DNA of 55,580 nucleotides, filler included, from Sphacelaria rigidula (GCA_964200075.2; 6 parts of 6 records of this genome joined end to end with filler, not necessarily neighbours in it), one strand, 5' to 3'. Counted from the whole stretch's first letter, positions 24,582-37,604 are shown. The notes: generated by a model from the sequence alone, not told the origin. Numbers and translations are program-made.

Positions 24582-25611
24582 CTCATGATCTTGTCTATCG
24601 TAGTCATAAGATAATTGACCTCGCATCCCTACAAGCCGGGACAGGGCACGTCGGGCTTTCGCCGGACCAGCCTCGCCATTAATCACCAAGCGCAAGCGCC
24701 GTGATGTGGTCGGCGAGTCGCATGAGAAGTGAGCTACATCCTACCAAGATTGTTCGGCCCGAAGGTTACTACTACCTCTGGGCGGATTTATGAGCAAGGT
24801 TCGGACCAAAAGCGGTCTAACTCGGGTACATGAAGGTCTTTTTCCGAACCGTTTTTTTTGTTGTTTTTAGACCGCCGCTGCGGAATGCGCAGAACCGCTG
24901 TCTTTTAGAGGTCGCACCGAAAAAGTTCATCACACCCCAGCAGAAGTTGCTCGAAATCAGCACCCCAACTTTGGACCACCGCCCAAAAGCCTTTCCATCT
25001 GCTGGTGAGACATGTCTGCTGCTGAGAACGCCTCTCAGGGGCAAAAACGCAAGAATTTGGATGATCCAGAGAGAGAAGTCATTCGGTACTTATTGACGCG
25101 CAGCGTCGATGGGGTTCTGAAGCGTGGTCTACGGTGTCCCAAACCGGGGATGATAATGAAATATCTCCCCCTTTTCAAGAGGGGACTCTTTATTTTTTGC
25201 ATCAAATGTCGTGCCCCATTCATACGGGGTATTCCGGGTTGTGAAACCTGTGACGGGGCTTGTTTATCCGTCGCTGGGTTGTGAAAAAGCTGGATCTCCA
25301 CCGAAATGACTGACCAGGGGAATTTTAAGCACAATCCCCCCCCCCAACCTCGTCGGGTTTTTTTATTTTCCAATGTGGTACCTGATCGTATACAAATGTT
25401 GTTCGATGTCCCACAGTGCCCAGACGACCCGTTTTGGGCGATATCATACCAACCTTGCTTATATCCCGTTTTCCCGAATCTTGCTTATAAATCCGCCCAG
25501 AGGGAGTAGTTATCTTGCATGTGGGTCACCGCCTCGAATGAGTTGCTTCATTTTTTGTCATCGTCGATTCTAGAGACAGCCACGGCTTACACACTGCCTC
25601 ACGGGTGCCTC
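24582..25611 (+). repeat. Full B+A copy of the modular repeat, split by a mariner insertion
   Basis: Removing 24772-25506 and one TA restores CCGAAGGTTACTAGTTATCTTGCATGTGGG, colinear with the uninterrupted copy at 22370-22667. Confidence 0.7.
24772..25506 (+). mobile_element. Internally deleted plant-type (DD39D/Stowaway-like) mariner element
   Basis: TA|CTACCTCTGGGCGGATTTATGAGCAAG ... CTTGCTTATAAATCCGCCCAGAGGGAG|TA. The ORF at 25012 begins KRKNLDDPEREVIRYLLTRSVDGVLKRG, like the N-terminus of plant mariner transposases. Confidence 0.8.
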
Positions 25612-25866
25612 ACCGTGTGAACAGCACGTAGCACGACCATCCGTATTGTGCGGAGTTCAGATTCTCCACCCCGCACAAAATGATCTAGCTCGACCACCAT
25701 CATGATTACCGCGACGAAAACGCAAGCGGAAAAAGAACGGTAACATGGCTACACGACGCCAACCCTTCAAAGGAGGAGGGGGGGAGGGGGGGAATGAACG
25801 GTAATTGTCTCTTGTGCGTAGTGATAATACAAACAACCTCGAGACACAACGACACAAAAACTTCAC

Positions 25867-25961
25867 CTAGACCAAGCGGTACAAGCGCCGCTGCCGCAAG
25901 GGTGCCGACCACGGTACCCGCAGCTCCCAGGGCAAAGCAAATCAATAACGTACCCGCAAAC
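25867..25961 (-). CDS. DUF819-family membrane protein, exon: (R)FAGTLLICFALGAAGTVVGTLAAAALVPLGL(G)
   Basis: Matches the DUF819 TG.LLLAFL.GS..T.VGT..A...VP helix. CATCAG| acceptor; G|GTGAAG donor. The 95-nt exon splices in frame to 21794. Confidence 0.82.
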
Positions 25962-26964
25962 CTGATGCACCGACGACACGCAGACATGAAAAATGGAAGG
26001 CAAGATGAAAATATCACACAGAGTAGGGCAAAGCACGCCGCGCCGTCTCGGAGGTCGTCCGCCAACAAGCGAACGTTCGCGCATTTGAGGCCAATGCATT
26101 GGAGAGAGAGGTCGGTAGGGCACGGGAAACAGAGGTCAGTCCGGAAAGAGTGCTTTCGAGCAGCAAAACATCGCACGGCACGCAAAGCCATCTCCGTGGT
26201 ACGTGAAAGGTGCTGTTGCTGCCCGAGAACAGGGTTTGCACGGGGGGTGATATACAACGACACGGTTGTGTTGTTCGTCCAGTTCTGTGCGGTACGATAT
26301 GGCCACGCTATCTGCCGACATATCGCCAGTGATAGACATGGAATCAGCTTGTAAGTTCTATATCCTACTTCAAACCAACGTCCCCCCCAAAGCCATGTTT
26401 GGGCAACAAAGTGATCTAGACACCTTTGCTTGATCGCGGGACGGCTCAGAGGCTGAGAGGAAAAGAAAACGTTCGGTACAAAAGGGCGGTTATCATCCAT
26501 GCAAGGCTGTTGGCCCTTTGGGCGCCCACAGATGGAGTAGCTACTGTTTGTCCGGCAACCTTTCGTCGAGAAAATCTGATGCCGATTCGAGTGATGAGAC
26601 GTTACTGCCATCCTTCGAGATTCTGCCAACCAAAACGGTAAAAAATCGACGGTGCCGCGGTGAAGACATCAAGCGCTTGAAAAGGTAACCGTTAATACGT
26701 AAAAAGTTGATTCCTTAACAGACACTAGTGGGAACTTGTCCCTGCTACGTGGTGGTACCCATATGATCCCCCCCCTTTCATGGACCCCTTGGAGCTTTTG
26801 TAGGAGTAACCTTTTACGCCGGTTAGCGGTTGGAATCTTGCTGTTCACATACCTTTTACGTGTGTTGGGCCATCTAACCAATAGTCGTCGCAGGAGATTT
26901 TCCGTGAGTTTTGAACTCCGCTTCAGAAGGTATCCACCATTTATTTTGGATCTCACCATTTTCG

Positions 26965-27030
26965 TGGGATCCGGGATTTGAACCGGGGACTTTCTGCTCG
27001 TGAAGCGTTTTGAGCTATCTCATGGTGTCG
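26965..27030 (-). repeat. Possible tRNA-derived SINE head
   Basis: B box GGTTCAAATCC and a weak A box TAGCTCAAAACG on the minus strand. Confidence 0.35.
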
Positions 27031-27283
27031 CTAGTGTGAAAAGGCGATTAGTTCCTTGACAGGCACTTGTGGGAATTCGTCCCTTCTATGTGGTGGCACC
27101 CACATATACAGGAATGAACAAACCTCTGAGGGAAACCAACCACAACGCGACACACAGTGAGGGGGGTCGGCGAAGTCCGGAGTATTTCATGACGAAATGT
27201 ATTCTACAGACAACAACGAAAACGCAAGCACGTTTCGCCGACCGCAAAGTGGGGGATGGTTGCGTGTTGGGAGGAGGGGTCGT

Positions 27284-27743
27284 TTACTCATGATCTTGCA
27301 TGCCGTAGTCATAGGACCAGTGACTCTTGCATCCCCACCTAGCCGGGAAGGAGCACGCCGGGTGTTCGCCAGACCAGTCTCGCAGTGGGACGAGGGGAGT
27401 ACTCATTTGGTGCCTGCCTCATCCGTTTGCCTATTGACCACGCACCCCTTTCGAGACGGAGCACCGCTCCTACTCGTAATGGAGACACCTCCAACCTTTG
27501 GGCGCTCATCACGTTTCCTCCATACATTACACAATAATATTTTACATATATCACCCCGTTACCGTTTCTCCATGGTGGCCATCATCTGTCTCCTGGTGTA
27601 GCGATTGCTTTCTGCTGCTATCTACTGTGCCAAACGTCTCGATGTCACCATCATTTGGTTCCCACATTTCCCCCCAACCACGTTCCGTTCCTCGGGGGAG
27701 GGGGGGGTGTACTCATGATCATGCTTGCCATAGTCATCAGACC
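27284..27743 (+). repeat. Modular repeat cluster B-W-B, cut by the contig end
   Basis: B 27284-27383; W about 27390-27630 (reverse homolog of 22700-22930); G-run; B start at 27709. Confidence 0.6.
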
Positions 27744-27843
27744 NNNNNNNNNNNNNNNNNNNNNNNNNNNNNNNNNNNNNNNNNNNNTTAATTAATTAAN
27801 NNNNNNNNNNNNNNNNNNNNNNNNNNNNNNNNNNNNNNNNNNN
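27744..27843. other. Artificial contig linker
   Basis: N44-TTAATTAATTAA-N44. Confidence 0.97.
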
Positions 27844-27918
27844 CAAACAGTTCGCAAGTTGGGTTGCCCACTTGAGCCTCAATTCAGAGTTAAACCTCAA
27901 TTCTCACAATTTGCTGTT

Positions 27919-30900
27919 ACCTACCATTACACAGGCTGGACATGAACGTGAAATGGAGACGGTAACCCTTCCTTCATTAAATTTCCCGGAGCACAGCCTG
28001 GACATTGACATAAAAGGAAAAAGCTAACCCTCCCTGTTGTTTAACCTACCATACCAGCCCGGACATAGGCATGAAATGAGAAACGTTACCCTCTTGTTTC
28101 GTTAACCAACCATAACACGGGCCGGACATGGACATGGCAAAGAGAAGCTAACCCTCCTTTTTGTTCAATATACTCAAACACAGCCCGGACATAGACATGA
28201 AATAGAGAAGCTAACCCTACTCGTGTTTAAACTTACCTAACACAGCCCGGATATAGACATGAAATGAATAAGCTCACCTCCCTTGTTCTTCAATCTACCA
28301 TAATATAGCCCGGATATAGCCATGGAATGGATAAGCTAACCCCCCCTCTTCCAATTACCCTAACACAGCGCGGACATTGACATGAGATGAATAAGCTCAC
28401 ACTCCTTTTTCTCTCACCTACCATAACACAGCCTGGCTTTTGGCATGAAATGGAGAAGCTGACCCCCCCTTCCTTCACTCTACCGGAGCACAGCCTGGAC
28501 ATTGACCTAAAAAGAAGAAACCTAACCCTCCCTTTTATTCAACCTACCCTTATACAGCACGAACGTAGACATGAAATTGATAAGCTAACCCCCCTTTTTC
28601 TTACACCTACCATCACACAGCCTGGACAAAGACATGAAATAGAGACGGGAACCCTCCCTTCCTTCACTCTACCGGAGCACAGCCTGGACATTGACAGCAG
28701 GGGAAAAAGCTGACCCTCCCTTTATTCATCGTGCCATTATACAGCCCAGATATAGACATGAAATTGATAAGCTAACCCCCCTTTTTCTTACACCTACCAT
28801 CACACAGGCTGGACATGAACATGAAAAGGAGACGGTAACTTTCCCTTCTTTCAATCTACCGGAGCACAGCCTGGACAATCATATAAAAAAACCAGGCTAA
28901 CCCTCCCTCTCCTTTAACCTACCATCATACAGCCCGGATATATCCATGGAATGGATAAGGTAACCCTCCTTTTTCTTCAACCTACCATAACACAGGCCGG
29001 ACATGGACAAGGGATGAAAAAGGTAACGTTTTTTCCTCACTCACCATAACACAGCCTGGACATAGACATGAAATCGAAACGGGAACCCTCCCTTCCTTTA
29101 CTCTACCGGAGCACAGCCTGGACAATGACATCAGGGGGAAAAGCTAACCCTCCCTTTTCTTCATGGTACCATTATACAGATCAGGTATAGATATGAAAAG
29201 GATAAGCTAACCCCCCTTTTTCTTACACCTACCATCACACAGGCCGGACATGAATATGAAAAGGAGACGGTAACTCTCCCTTCTTTCAATCTACCGGAGC
29301 ACAGCCTGGACATTTACATAGAAGAACAAAGCCAACACTCCCTCTCCTTAAACCTACCATCATACAGCCCGGATATACCCATGAAATGGATTAGGTGACC
29401 CTCCTTTTTTATCAACCTACCATAACACAGGCCGGACTTGGACATGGAATGAAAAAGGTAACGTCTTTTCCTCACTCGCCATAACACAGCCTGGACATAG
29501 ACATGAAATAGAAACGGTATCCCTCCCTTTCTCAAGTCTACCGGAGCTCAGGCTGAAAATTGACATGAAAGGGAAAAGCTAACCCTCCCTTTTACTTAAC
29601 CTACCACTATACAGCCCGAACATAGACATGAAATGAAAAAGCTGACCCTCTTTTTTCTTTGACCCGCCAAAACACAGGCCGGACATACACAAGAAATGGA
29701 GAATCTAACCCTCGTTTTTCTTACACCTACCATCACACAGGCTGGACATGAACATGAAATGGAGACGGTACCTTTCCCTTCTTTCAATCTACCGGAGCAC
29801 AGCCTGGACATTTATATATAAAAACTAGGCTAACCCTCCCTCTCCTTTAACCTACCATCATACAGCCCGGATATAGCCATGGAATGGATAAGGTAACCCT
29901 CCTTTTTTATCAACCTACCATAACACAGGCCGGACATGGACATGAGATGAAAGAGGTAACGTTTTTTCCTCACTCACCATAACACAGCCTGGACATACCG
30001 AACATAGACATGAAATGTAAAAACTAACCCTCTTTTTTATTTGACCCGCCAAAACACAGGCCGGACAAACACAAGAAATGGAGAAGCTAACCCTCCTTTT
30101 TCTTCAAAATACTCAAACACAGCCCGGACATAGAGATGAAATAGAGAAGCTAACCCTCCTCTTCTTTGAACCTACCTAACACAGCCCGGATATAGACATG
30201 AAATGGATAAGCCAACCCCCCTTGTTCTCAATCTACCATAACACAGGCCGGACATGGACATGGAATGGAGAAGCTAATGTTTTTTCCTCACTCGCCATAA
30301 CACAGCCAAGACATAGACATGAAATAAAGACGGTATCCCTCCCTTCCTTTAGTCTATCGGAGCACAGCCCGGACATTGACATCAGGGGTAAAAGCTAACC
30401 CTCCATTAACTCAATCTACCATAACACAGACCGGAGATAAACATGGTATAGATATGCGAACCCCCATATTTCTCGAACCTACCATAAAACAGCGTGGACA
30501 TTGACATGAGATGAATAAGCTAACACTCCATTTGCTTTCACCTACCATAACACAGCTCGACTTTCGGCATGAAATGGAGAAGCTGACTCCGCCTTCCTTT
30601 AATCTACCGGAGCACAGCCTGGACATAGACATCAGGGAAAAAAGCTAACTCTCCCTTGTATTCATCGTACCGTTATACAGCCCAGATATAGACATGAAAT
30701 GGATAAGCTAACCCCCCTTTTCTTTACACCTACCATCACACAGCCTGGACATAGACATGAAGTAGAAACGGTATCCCTCCCTTTCTTCAGTCTACCGGAG
30801 CACAGCCTGGACATTGACATAAAAGGGAAAAGCTACCCCTCCCTTTTACTTATCCTACCACCATACAGCCCGAACATAAACATGAAATGAAAAAGCTAAC

Positions 30901-33900
30901 TTTTTTTTTTCTTTGACCCGCCAAAACACAGGCCGGACATACACATGAAATGGAGAAGCTAACCCTCCATTTGCTTCAACATACTCGAACACAGCCCGGA
31001 CATAGAGATGAAATAGAGAAGCTAACCCTCCTCTTGTTTGAACCTACCTAACACAGCCCGGATATAGACATGAAATGGATAAGCTCACCCCCCTTGTTCT
31101 TCAATCTACCATAATACAGCCCAAACATAGGCATGAAATGTATAAGCTAACGTTTTTCCCTCACTCACCATAACACAGCCAAGACATAGACATGAAATAG
31201 AGACGGGAACCCTCCCTTCCTTTACTCTACCGGAGCACAGCCTGGACATTGACATCAGGGGAAAAAGCTAACTCTCCCTTTTATTCATCGTACCATTATA
31301 CAGCCCAGATATAGACATGAAATGGATAAGCTAACCCCCCTTTTTCTTACACCTACCATCACACACGCTGGACGTGGACATGAAATAGAGACGGGAACCC
31401 TCCCTTCCTTTACTCTACCGGAGCACAGCCTGGACATTGACATCAGGGGGAAAAGCTAACCCTCCCTTTTGTTCATCGTACCATTATACAGCCCAGATAT
31501 AGACATGAAAAGGATAAGCTAACCCCCCTTTTTCTTACACCTACCATCACACAGGCTGGACATGAACATAAAAAGAAGACGTTAACTTTCCCTTCTTTTA
31601 ATCTACCGGAGCACAGGCTGGAAATATATCAAAGAACAAGGCTAACACTCCCTCTTCTTAAACATACCATCATACAGCCCGGAAATATCCATGAAATGGA
31701 TAAGGTAACCCTCCTTTTTTATCAAACTACCATAACACAGGCCGGACTTGGACATGGAATGAAAAAGGTAACGTTTTTTCCTCACTCGCCATAACACAGC
31801 CTGGACATAGACATGAAATCGAAACGGGAACCCTCCCTTCCTTTACTTTACCGGAGCACAGCCTGAACATTGACATCAGGGGGGAAAGCTAACCCGCCCT
31901 TTTATTCATCGTAACATTATACAGATCAGATATAGACATGATATGGATAAGCTAACCCCCCTTTCTCTTATACCTACCATCACACAGGCCGGACATGAAC
32001 ATGAAATCGAAACGGGAACCCTCCCTTCCTCTACTCAACCGGAGCACAGCCTGGACATTGACATCAGGGGGAAAAGCTAACCCTCCCTTTTATTCATCGT
32101 ACCATTATACAGCCCAGATATAGACATGAAATGGATAAGCTAACCCCCCTTTTTCTTACACCTACCATCACACAGGCTGGACATGAACATGAAATCGAAA
32201 CGGGAACTCTCCCTTCCTTTAATCTACCGGAGCACAGCCTGGACATTGACATCAGGGGAAAAAGTTAACCCTCCCTTTTATTCATCGTACCATTTTACAG
32301 CCCAGATATAGACATGTAAAGGATAAGCTAACCCCCCTTTTTCTTACACCTACCATCACACAGGCCGGACTTGGACATGGAATGAAAAAGGTAACGTCTT
32401 TTCCTCACTCGCCATAACACAGCCTGGACATAGACATGAAGTAGAAACGGTATCCCTCCCTTTCTCAAGTCTACCGGAGCACAGGCTGGACATTGACATG
32501 AAAGGAAAAAGCTAACCCTCCCTTTTACTCAACCTACCACCATACAGCCCGAACATAGACATGAAATGAAAAAGCTAACCCTCTTTTTTCTTTGACCCGC
32601 CAAAACACAGGCCGGACATACACATGAAGTGGAGAAGCTAACCCTCCATTTGCTTCAACATACTCGAACACAGCCCGGACATAGAGATGAAATAGAGAAG
32701 CTAACCCTCCTTTTGTTCACACTTACCTAACACAGCCCGGATATAGACATGAAATGGATAAGCTCACCCCCCTTGTTCTTCAATCTACCATAATACAGCC
32801 CGGATATAGCCATGGAATGGAGAAGCTAACGTTTTTTCCTCACTCACCATAACACAGCCAAGACATAGACATGAAATAGAGACGGTATCCCTCCCTTCCT
32901 TTACTCAACCGGAGCACAGCCTGGACATTGACATCAGGGGAAAAAGCTAACCCTCCCTTTTATTCATCGTACCATTATACAGCCCAGATATAGACATGAT
33001 ATGGATAAGCTAACCCCCCTTTTTCTTACACCTACCATCACACAGGCTGGACATGAACATGAAATCGAAACGGGAACCCTCCCTTCCTTTAATCTACCGG
33101 AGCACAGCCTGGACATTGACATCAGGGGAAAAAGCTAACCCTCCCTTTTGTTCATCGTACCATTATACAGCCCAGATATAGACATGAAAAGGATAAGCTA
33201 ACCCCTTTTTTTCTTCAACCTACCATCACACAGGCTGGACATGGACATGGAATGAAAAAGGTAAGGTTTTTTCCTCACTCGCCATAACACAGCCTGGGCA
33301 TAGACATGAAATAGGAACGGGAACCCTCCCTTTCTTCAGTCTACCGGAGCACAGGCTGGACATTGACATGAAAGGAAAAAGCTAAACCTCCCTTTTACTT
33401 AACCTACCATTATACAGCCCGAACATAGACAACAGTGTTTTCGTGAGGTTGAGAGTAGATGCTACGATTGAGAGTGGCATTGATCATTCGCTGTAAGTGA
33501 GTCATTTCTTTATTTCACGTGTGCTTTTCTTTACCTCCATCACTAGCGTGTGCTTACAGCTACACGTCGATATCCTNNNNNNNNNNTTCATTCACTGATT
33601 GACCGCTTTTTACTCTCAATCGTATCATCAACTCTCGATCTCACGAAAATACTGTTGGACATGAAATGAAAAAACTAACCCTCTTTTTTCTTTGACCCGC
33701 CATAAGACAGGCCGGACATACACATGAAATGGAGAAGCTAACCCTCCTTTTTCTTCAACATACTCAAACACAGCCCGGACATAGAGATGGAATGGAGAAG
33801 CTAACCCTCCTTTTGTTTGAACCTACCTAACACAGCCCGGATATAGACATGAAATGGATAAGCTAACTCCCCTTGTTCTTCAAGCTACGTCAACACAGGC

Positions 33901-34927
33901 CGGACATGGACATGGAATAGAGAAGCTAATTTTTTTTCCTCACTAACCATAACACAGCCTGGACATAGACATGAAATAGAGACGGTATCCCTGCCTTCCT
34001 TTAGTCTATCGGAGCACAGCCCGGACATTGACATGAAAAGGAAAAGCTAACCCTCCCTTTAATTTAACCTACCATGACACAGACCGGACATAGACATGGC
34101 ATAAATATGCAAACCCCCATTTTTCTTGAACCTACCCTAACACAGCGTGGACATTGACATGAGATGGATAAGCTAACACTCCATTTGCTTTCACCTACCA
34201 TAACACAGCTCGACTTTCGGCATGAAATGGAGAAGCTGACTCCGCCTTCCTTTAATCTACCGGAGCACAGCCTGGACATTGACATAAAAGGAGAAAGCTA
34301 ACCCTCCCTTGTATTCATCGTACCGTTATACAGCCCAGATATAGACATGAAATGGACAAGCTAACCCCCCTTTTTCTTACACCTACCATCACACAGCCTG
34401 GACATGAACGTGAAATGGAGACGGTAACCCTCCCTTCATTCAATCTACCGGAGCACAGCCTGGACATTGACATAAAAGGAAAAAGCTAACCCTCCCTTTT
34501 GTTTAACCTACCATAACAGCCCGGACATAGGCATGAAATGAGAAACCTTACCCTCTTTTTTCGTTAACCAACCATAACACGGGCCGGACATGGACATGGC
34601 ATAGAGAAGCTAACCCTCCCTTTTGTTCAACATACTCAAACACAGCCCGGACATAGACATGAAATAGAGAAGCTAACCCTACTCTTGTTTGAACCTACCT
34701 AACACAGCCCGGATACAGACATGAAATGGATATGCTAACCCCCCTTGTTCTTCAATCTACCATACCACAGCCCGGAGATAGCCATGGAATGGATAAGCTA
34801 ACCCCCCTTCTTTCAATTACCCTAACACAGCGCGGAAATTGACATGAGATGGATAAAGCTTACACTCCTTTTTCTCTCACCTACCATAACACAGCCCGGC
34901 TTTTGGCATGAAATGGAGAAGCTGACC
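27919..34927. repeat. Satellite array of roughly 108 monomers of 60-64 bp with higher-order blocks
   Basis: Approximate consensus CACAGCCYGGACATAGACATGAAATGGAKAAGCTAACCCTCCTTTTTCTTCAACCTACCATAA. Measured periods from 28181 are 62, 63, 60, 63, 62, 64, 63, 62. Confidence 0.95.
33430..33657. mobile_element. MITE inserted in the satellite; TIRs of about 45 bp and an apparent 2-bp TSD (GA)
   Basis: GA|CAACAGTGTTTTCGTGAGGTTGAGAGT ... ACTCTCGATCTCACGAAAATACTGTTG|GA. Empty sister monomers read GAACATAGACATGAAATG. Second copy at 55016-55321. Confidence 0.8.
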
Positions 34928-35179
34928 AGCCTGAACCCAAACGTCAGGCGCTGTATGGCCATTTTTATCGTGACACTTTTGGGCTGGTTTTGGGGGGGGG
35001 GGCATCGTAGAAAGTGTCTACCATAACTTATCAAGTTTACCAAATCAGCCCGACTTGAGTACATCGGTGTGACCTGCAGACCAACCTGGTGCCGCACGGC
35101 ACCGCCGCTGAACGAAGAAAAAAGTGAAAAACAAAATGTACCGCACAATGCACGACCTTTCCGACGGAGCAAAAGAAAA

Positions 35180-35250
35180 AGGGATCCGTCGGGATTCGAA
35201 CTGGTGACGTTCATAACCGGAGTCTCCTGTATCCCTTGGATCAAAGGGGC
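35180..35250 (-). repeat. Possible tRNA-derived SINE head
   Basis: Minus strand TGATCCAAGGG (A-box-like) and GTTCGAATCC (B box). Confidence 0.3.
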
Positions 35251-35396
35251 CCAGCGGTGTCACACAAAAAGTGTCCTGCTGCGCCCAATTTGAGGTGATT
35301 TTGGCAGAAATTGCACCAGGGTCTCCTGCACACCACACACGCACGCACAACAGCCCGAGGGATGCCAACGTATTTCTTTATTTTCACGGAGTTATA

Positions 35397-36620
35397 CGAG
35401 CTGGGGCAGCCTCGAAACGGATGTAAGCTCTCAAGGCAATATCTCATGGGCACAGACGAGTTGGGTCATGATTTGCTTATCGTATTAGTCGTCTAACCAA
35501 GGGGGAGGTGCCCATCTGCGCTCAAAAGCCTGGGCCAATATTTTTTCTCGTTGAATGGGCCACACGTCTAGTAATTCCTATACCGTACGGAGAAGGCGTC
35601 CTCACTAAAATCCATGTGAAACCCCGAACGATACATGAAGCAGATGACGACGATGTTTGGTACGTACATATTCCCCGGAGCACGGAGAGACGATATAGGT
35701 ACCCTCACCTTCACCTAGTTCGTCATCTATCTCGAGCTATGGCACACATAAGGTTCCGTACTAAAGTCAACATATTACGAGCAGAGGCAGTAGATGCCCT
35801 AGATCTGAAAATCGCGTCTCAGTTTTCGAGAGTTGTGCTATGGAGAACCGCTAGTGCATCATACAGTTAAAAAGGAAGAGCAGATTTTTTTCATTTTTGT
35901 CGGGTTTTTGTCATTCTTTTTCTTTTTCTTAGGGGGGTTTTCAGGAGAAATGAACACCGCTCGTAGGCCTCATCTCAATTCTTTGAGCTCGATTTTTAGA
36001 CTTGCGATTTGAAAGTTAGCATGGAAAACCACGGAGGTATATGCCAAGAAAAACAATATGGGCCCTCATTTGCTTTTTGGAGAGGTACAGGCCTTTTCGT
36101 GGAAAAAATGGTCTTTATCGAACTAAGACGCCATTAACCAGAGAAGGAAAAAACACAGCCTCACCCACTTCGTTTTGATGATTGTGCGCAAACCGCGGCC
36201 CACACAAAAGTTACAATACGTAAACACCGAAGGTGGGCCGGTAAGTGGCGTGCAAAATGTGGTTCCTAATTTCTACCGACCCCGTCACTAAACGGCCCAT
36301 TAGCCAGCCAACCTGTAGCGTGGGACCCTTAAATTTCGTATAGACAATGCAGAGGGCACAATGATATACAGCATATTGCCAGTGAGCACAACGCTTTTTT
36401 TCTCGTGAGTTTAAGGGCATCGATCAGTTTCTAGGTATCAGTACAATATGCCCTTAACTCATGATAAAGCAAAAACAAGAAAAAGCTTGTGTGCACCGGT
36501 ATTATTTTGCTTCTTCATGCCCTACTCATTGTCCATACCAAAATTTTGGGTCCAACCCTAAATATCGGCCGGCTAATGGGCCTGCACACTATAAATTCGC
36601 TTCTCGGCTGGCCCAGCCCG
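35397..36620. mobile_element. Non-autonomous TA-flanked TIR element (Tc1/mariner-type), copy 1, with an internal palindrome
   Basis: TA|CGAGCTGGGGCAGCC ... GGCTGGCCCAGCCCG|TA; imperfect palindrome at about 36294-36583; colinear reverse homolog of 38403-39378. Confidence 0.7.
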
Positions 36621-37023
36621 TAGCATTTTTTTCCAGTTTTTGCAGAAACTTCAAGAAATCGCTCCAACGTTCTGTTTTGTTTCAGTTTGTTTTCGTTGCA
36701 TCCCCCGGCAGCTTGTTGTGCGTATCTCGTTGATGAAAAAAATGTAGTGTCGAAATTTCAGCGCCCAGTTCATCGAATTACCCAAGGCCGGGCCCGGAAA
36801 CATTGAAAGAACACCGGCAGCTGGCGCAGCTCGTGGTCATTGTGGGGTCTACTTGTAGTGGCACTATACTGTGAATAGCGAGAGAGTACCGCACGCGAAC
36901 GGCGGTACAGCAGTATTATTATAGCCGGGTGGCGGTGCTGCGGGTCTGTGCTTGCCATCCTCTGCTACACGTTTGACTGTCGCCGTGTTGTGGTTGCGGG
37001 ATTGGTTGGGGTCTGATTCCGCG

Positions 37024-37123
37024 NNNNNNNNNNNNNNNNNNNNNNNNNNNNNNNNNNNNNNNNNNNNTTAATTAATTAANNNNNNNNNNNNNNNNNNNNN
37101 NNNNNNNNNNNNNNNNNNNNNNN
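37024..37123. other. Artificial contig linker
   Basis: N44-TTAATTAATTAA-N44. Confidence 0.97.
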
Positions 37124-37492
37124 ATTTTTCGGCCAACGAGCAGCCCAACGAGCACGAGTGCCACGAGTGACACTCGTGCTCGTCCGACGTATGAAACCGT
37201 CAAGCAAGAAACTGTTTCATTGTACGGCGAGCAATTTCAAATTTCAATCTTTTTCGCCTTCGGATGCTTTTCACGACACGCCGCACATTTTTTCCCGTCT
37301 GCGGCGAATAATGAGCACAACGAAAATGGAGGGTGCGGCACGCCACACGTGTCACATTACACACCGTGCTTTTCCCCTTCTTTCGTCCAGAGTGTACGTT
37401 GTGCGCTAGCGCAAGGGTCTACTCCCAATCTGAAGCGCTGGGTCAAGAGTCACGGCGGTCAAGAGTAAGCAATGAGGAATAATAAGCAAAAA

Positions 37493-37569
37493 GCAATGAG
37501 CAATGAGCAATGAGCAATGAGCAATGAGCAATGAGCAATGAGCAATGAGCAATAAGCAATAAGCAATGG
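37493..37569. repeat. (GCAATGA)n heptamer repeat upstream of H4
   Basis: 8 perfect and 3 variant units. Confidence 0.9.
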
Positions 37570-37604
37570 TTTTAATGTCGTTTCGTACTATCATCAAGAA
37601 GCAT

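Noticed and set aside
25706-26629. 307-aa ORF as a gene
   Set aside because: Only the splice-bounded 95-nt segment resembles a known protein; the rest reads as intron.
28290-34285. Repeat protein of 21-aa units encoded by the satellite (either strand)
   Set aside because: Monomer lengths of 60-64 nt break the frame repeatedly, and the longest ORF wholly inside the array is only 108 aa.
27919-34927. CRISPR-like array
   Set aside because: Whole monomers are homologous, there are no unique spacers and no cas genes, and the context is eukaryotic.
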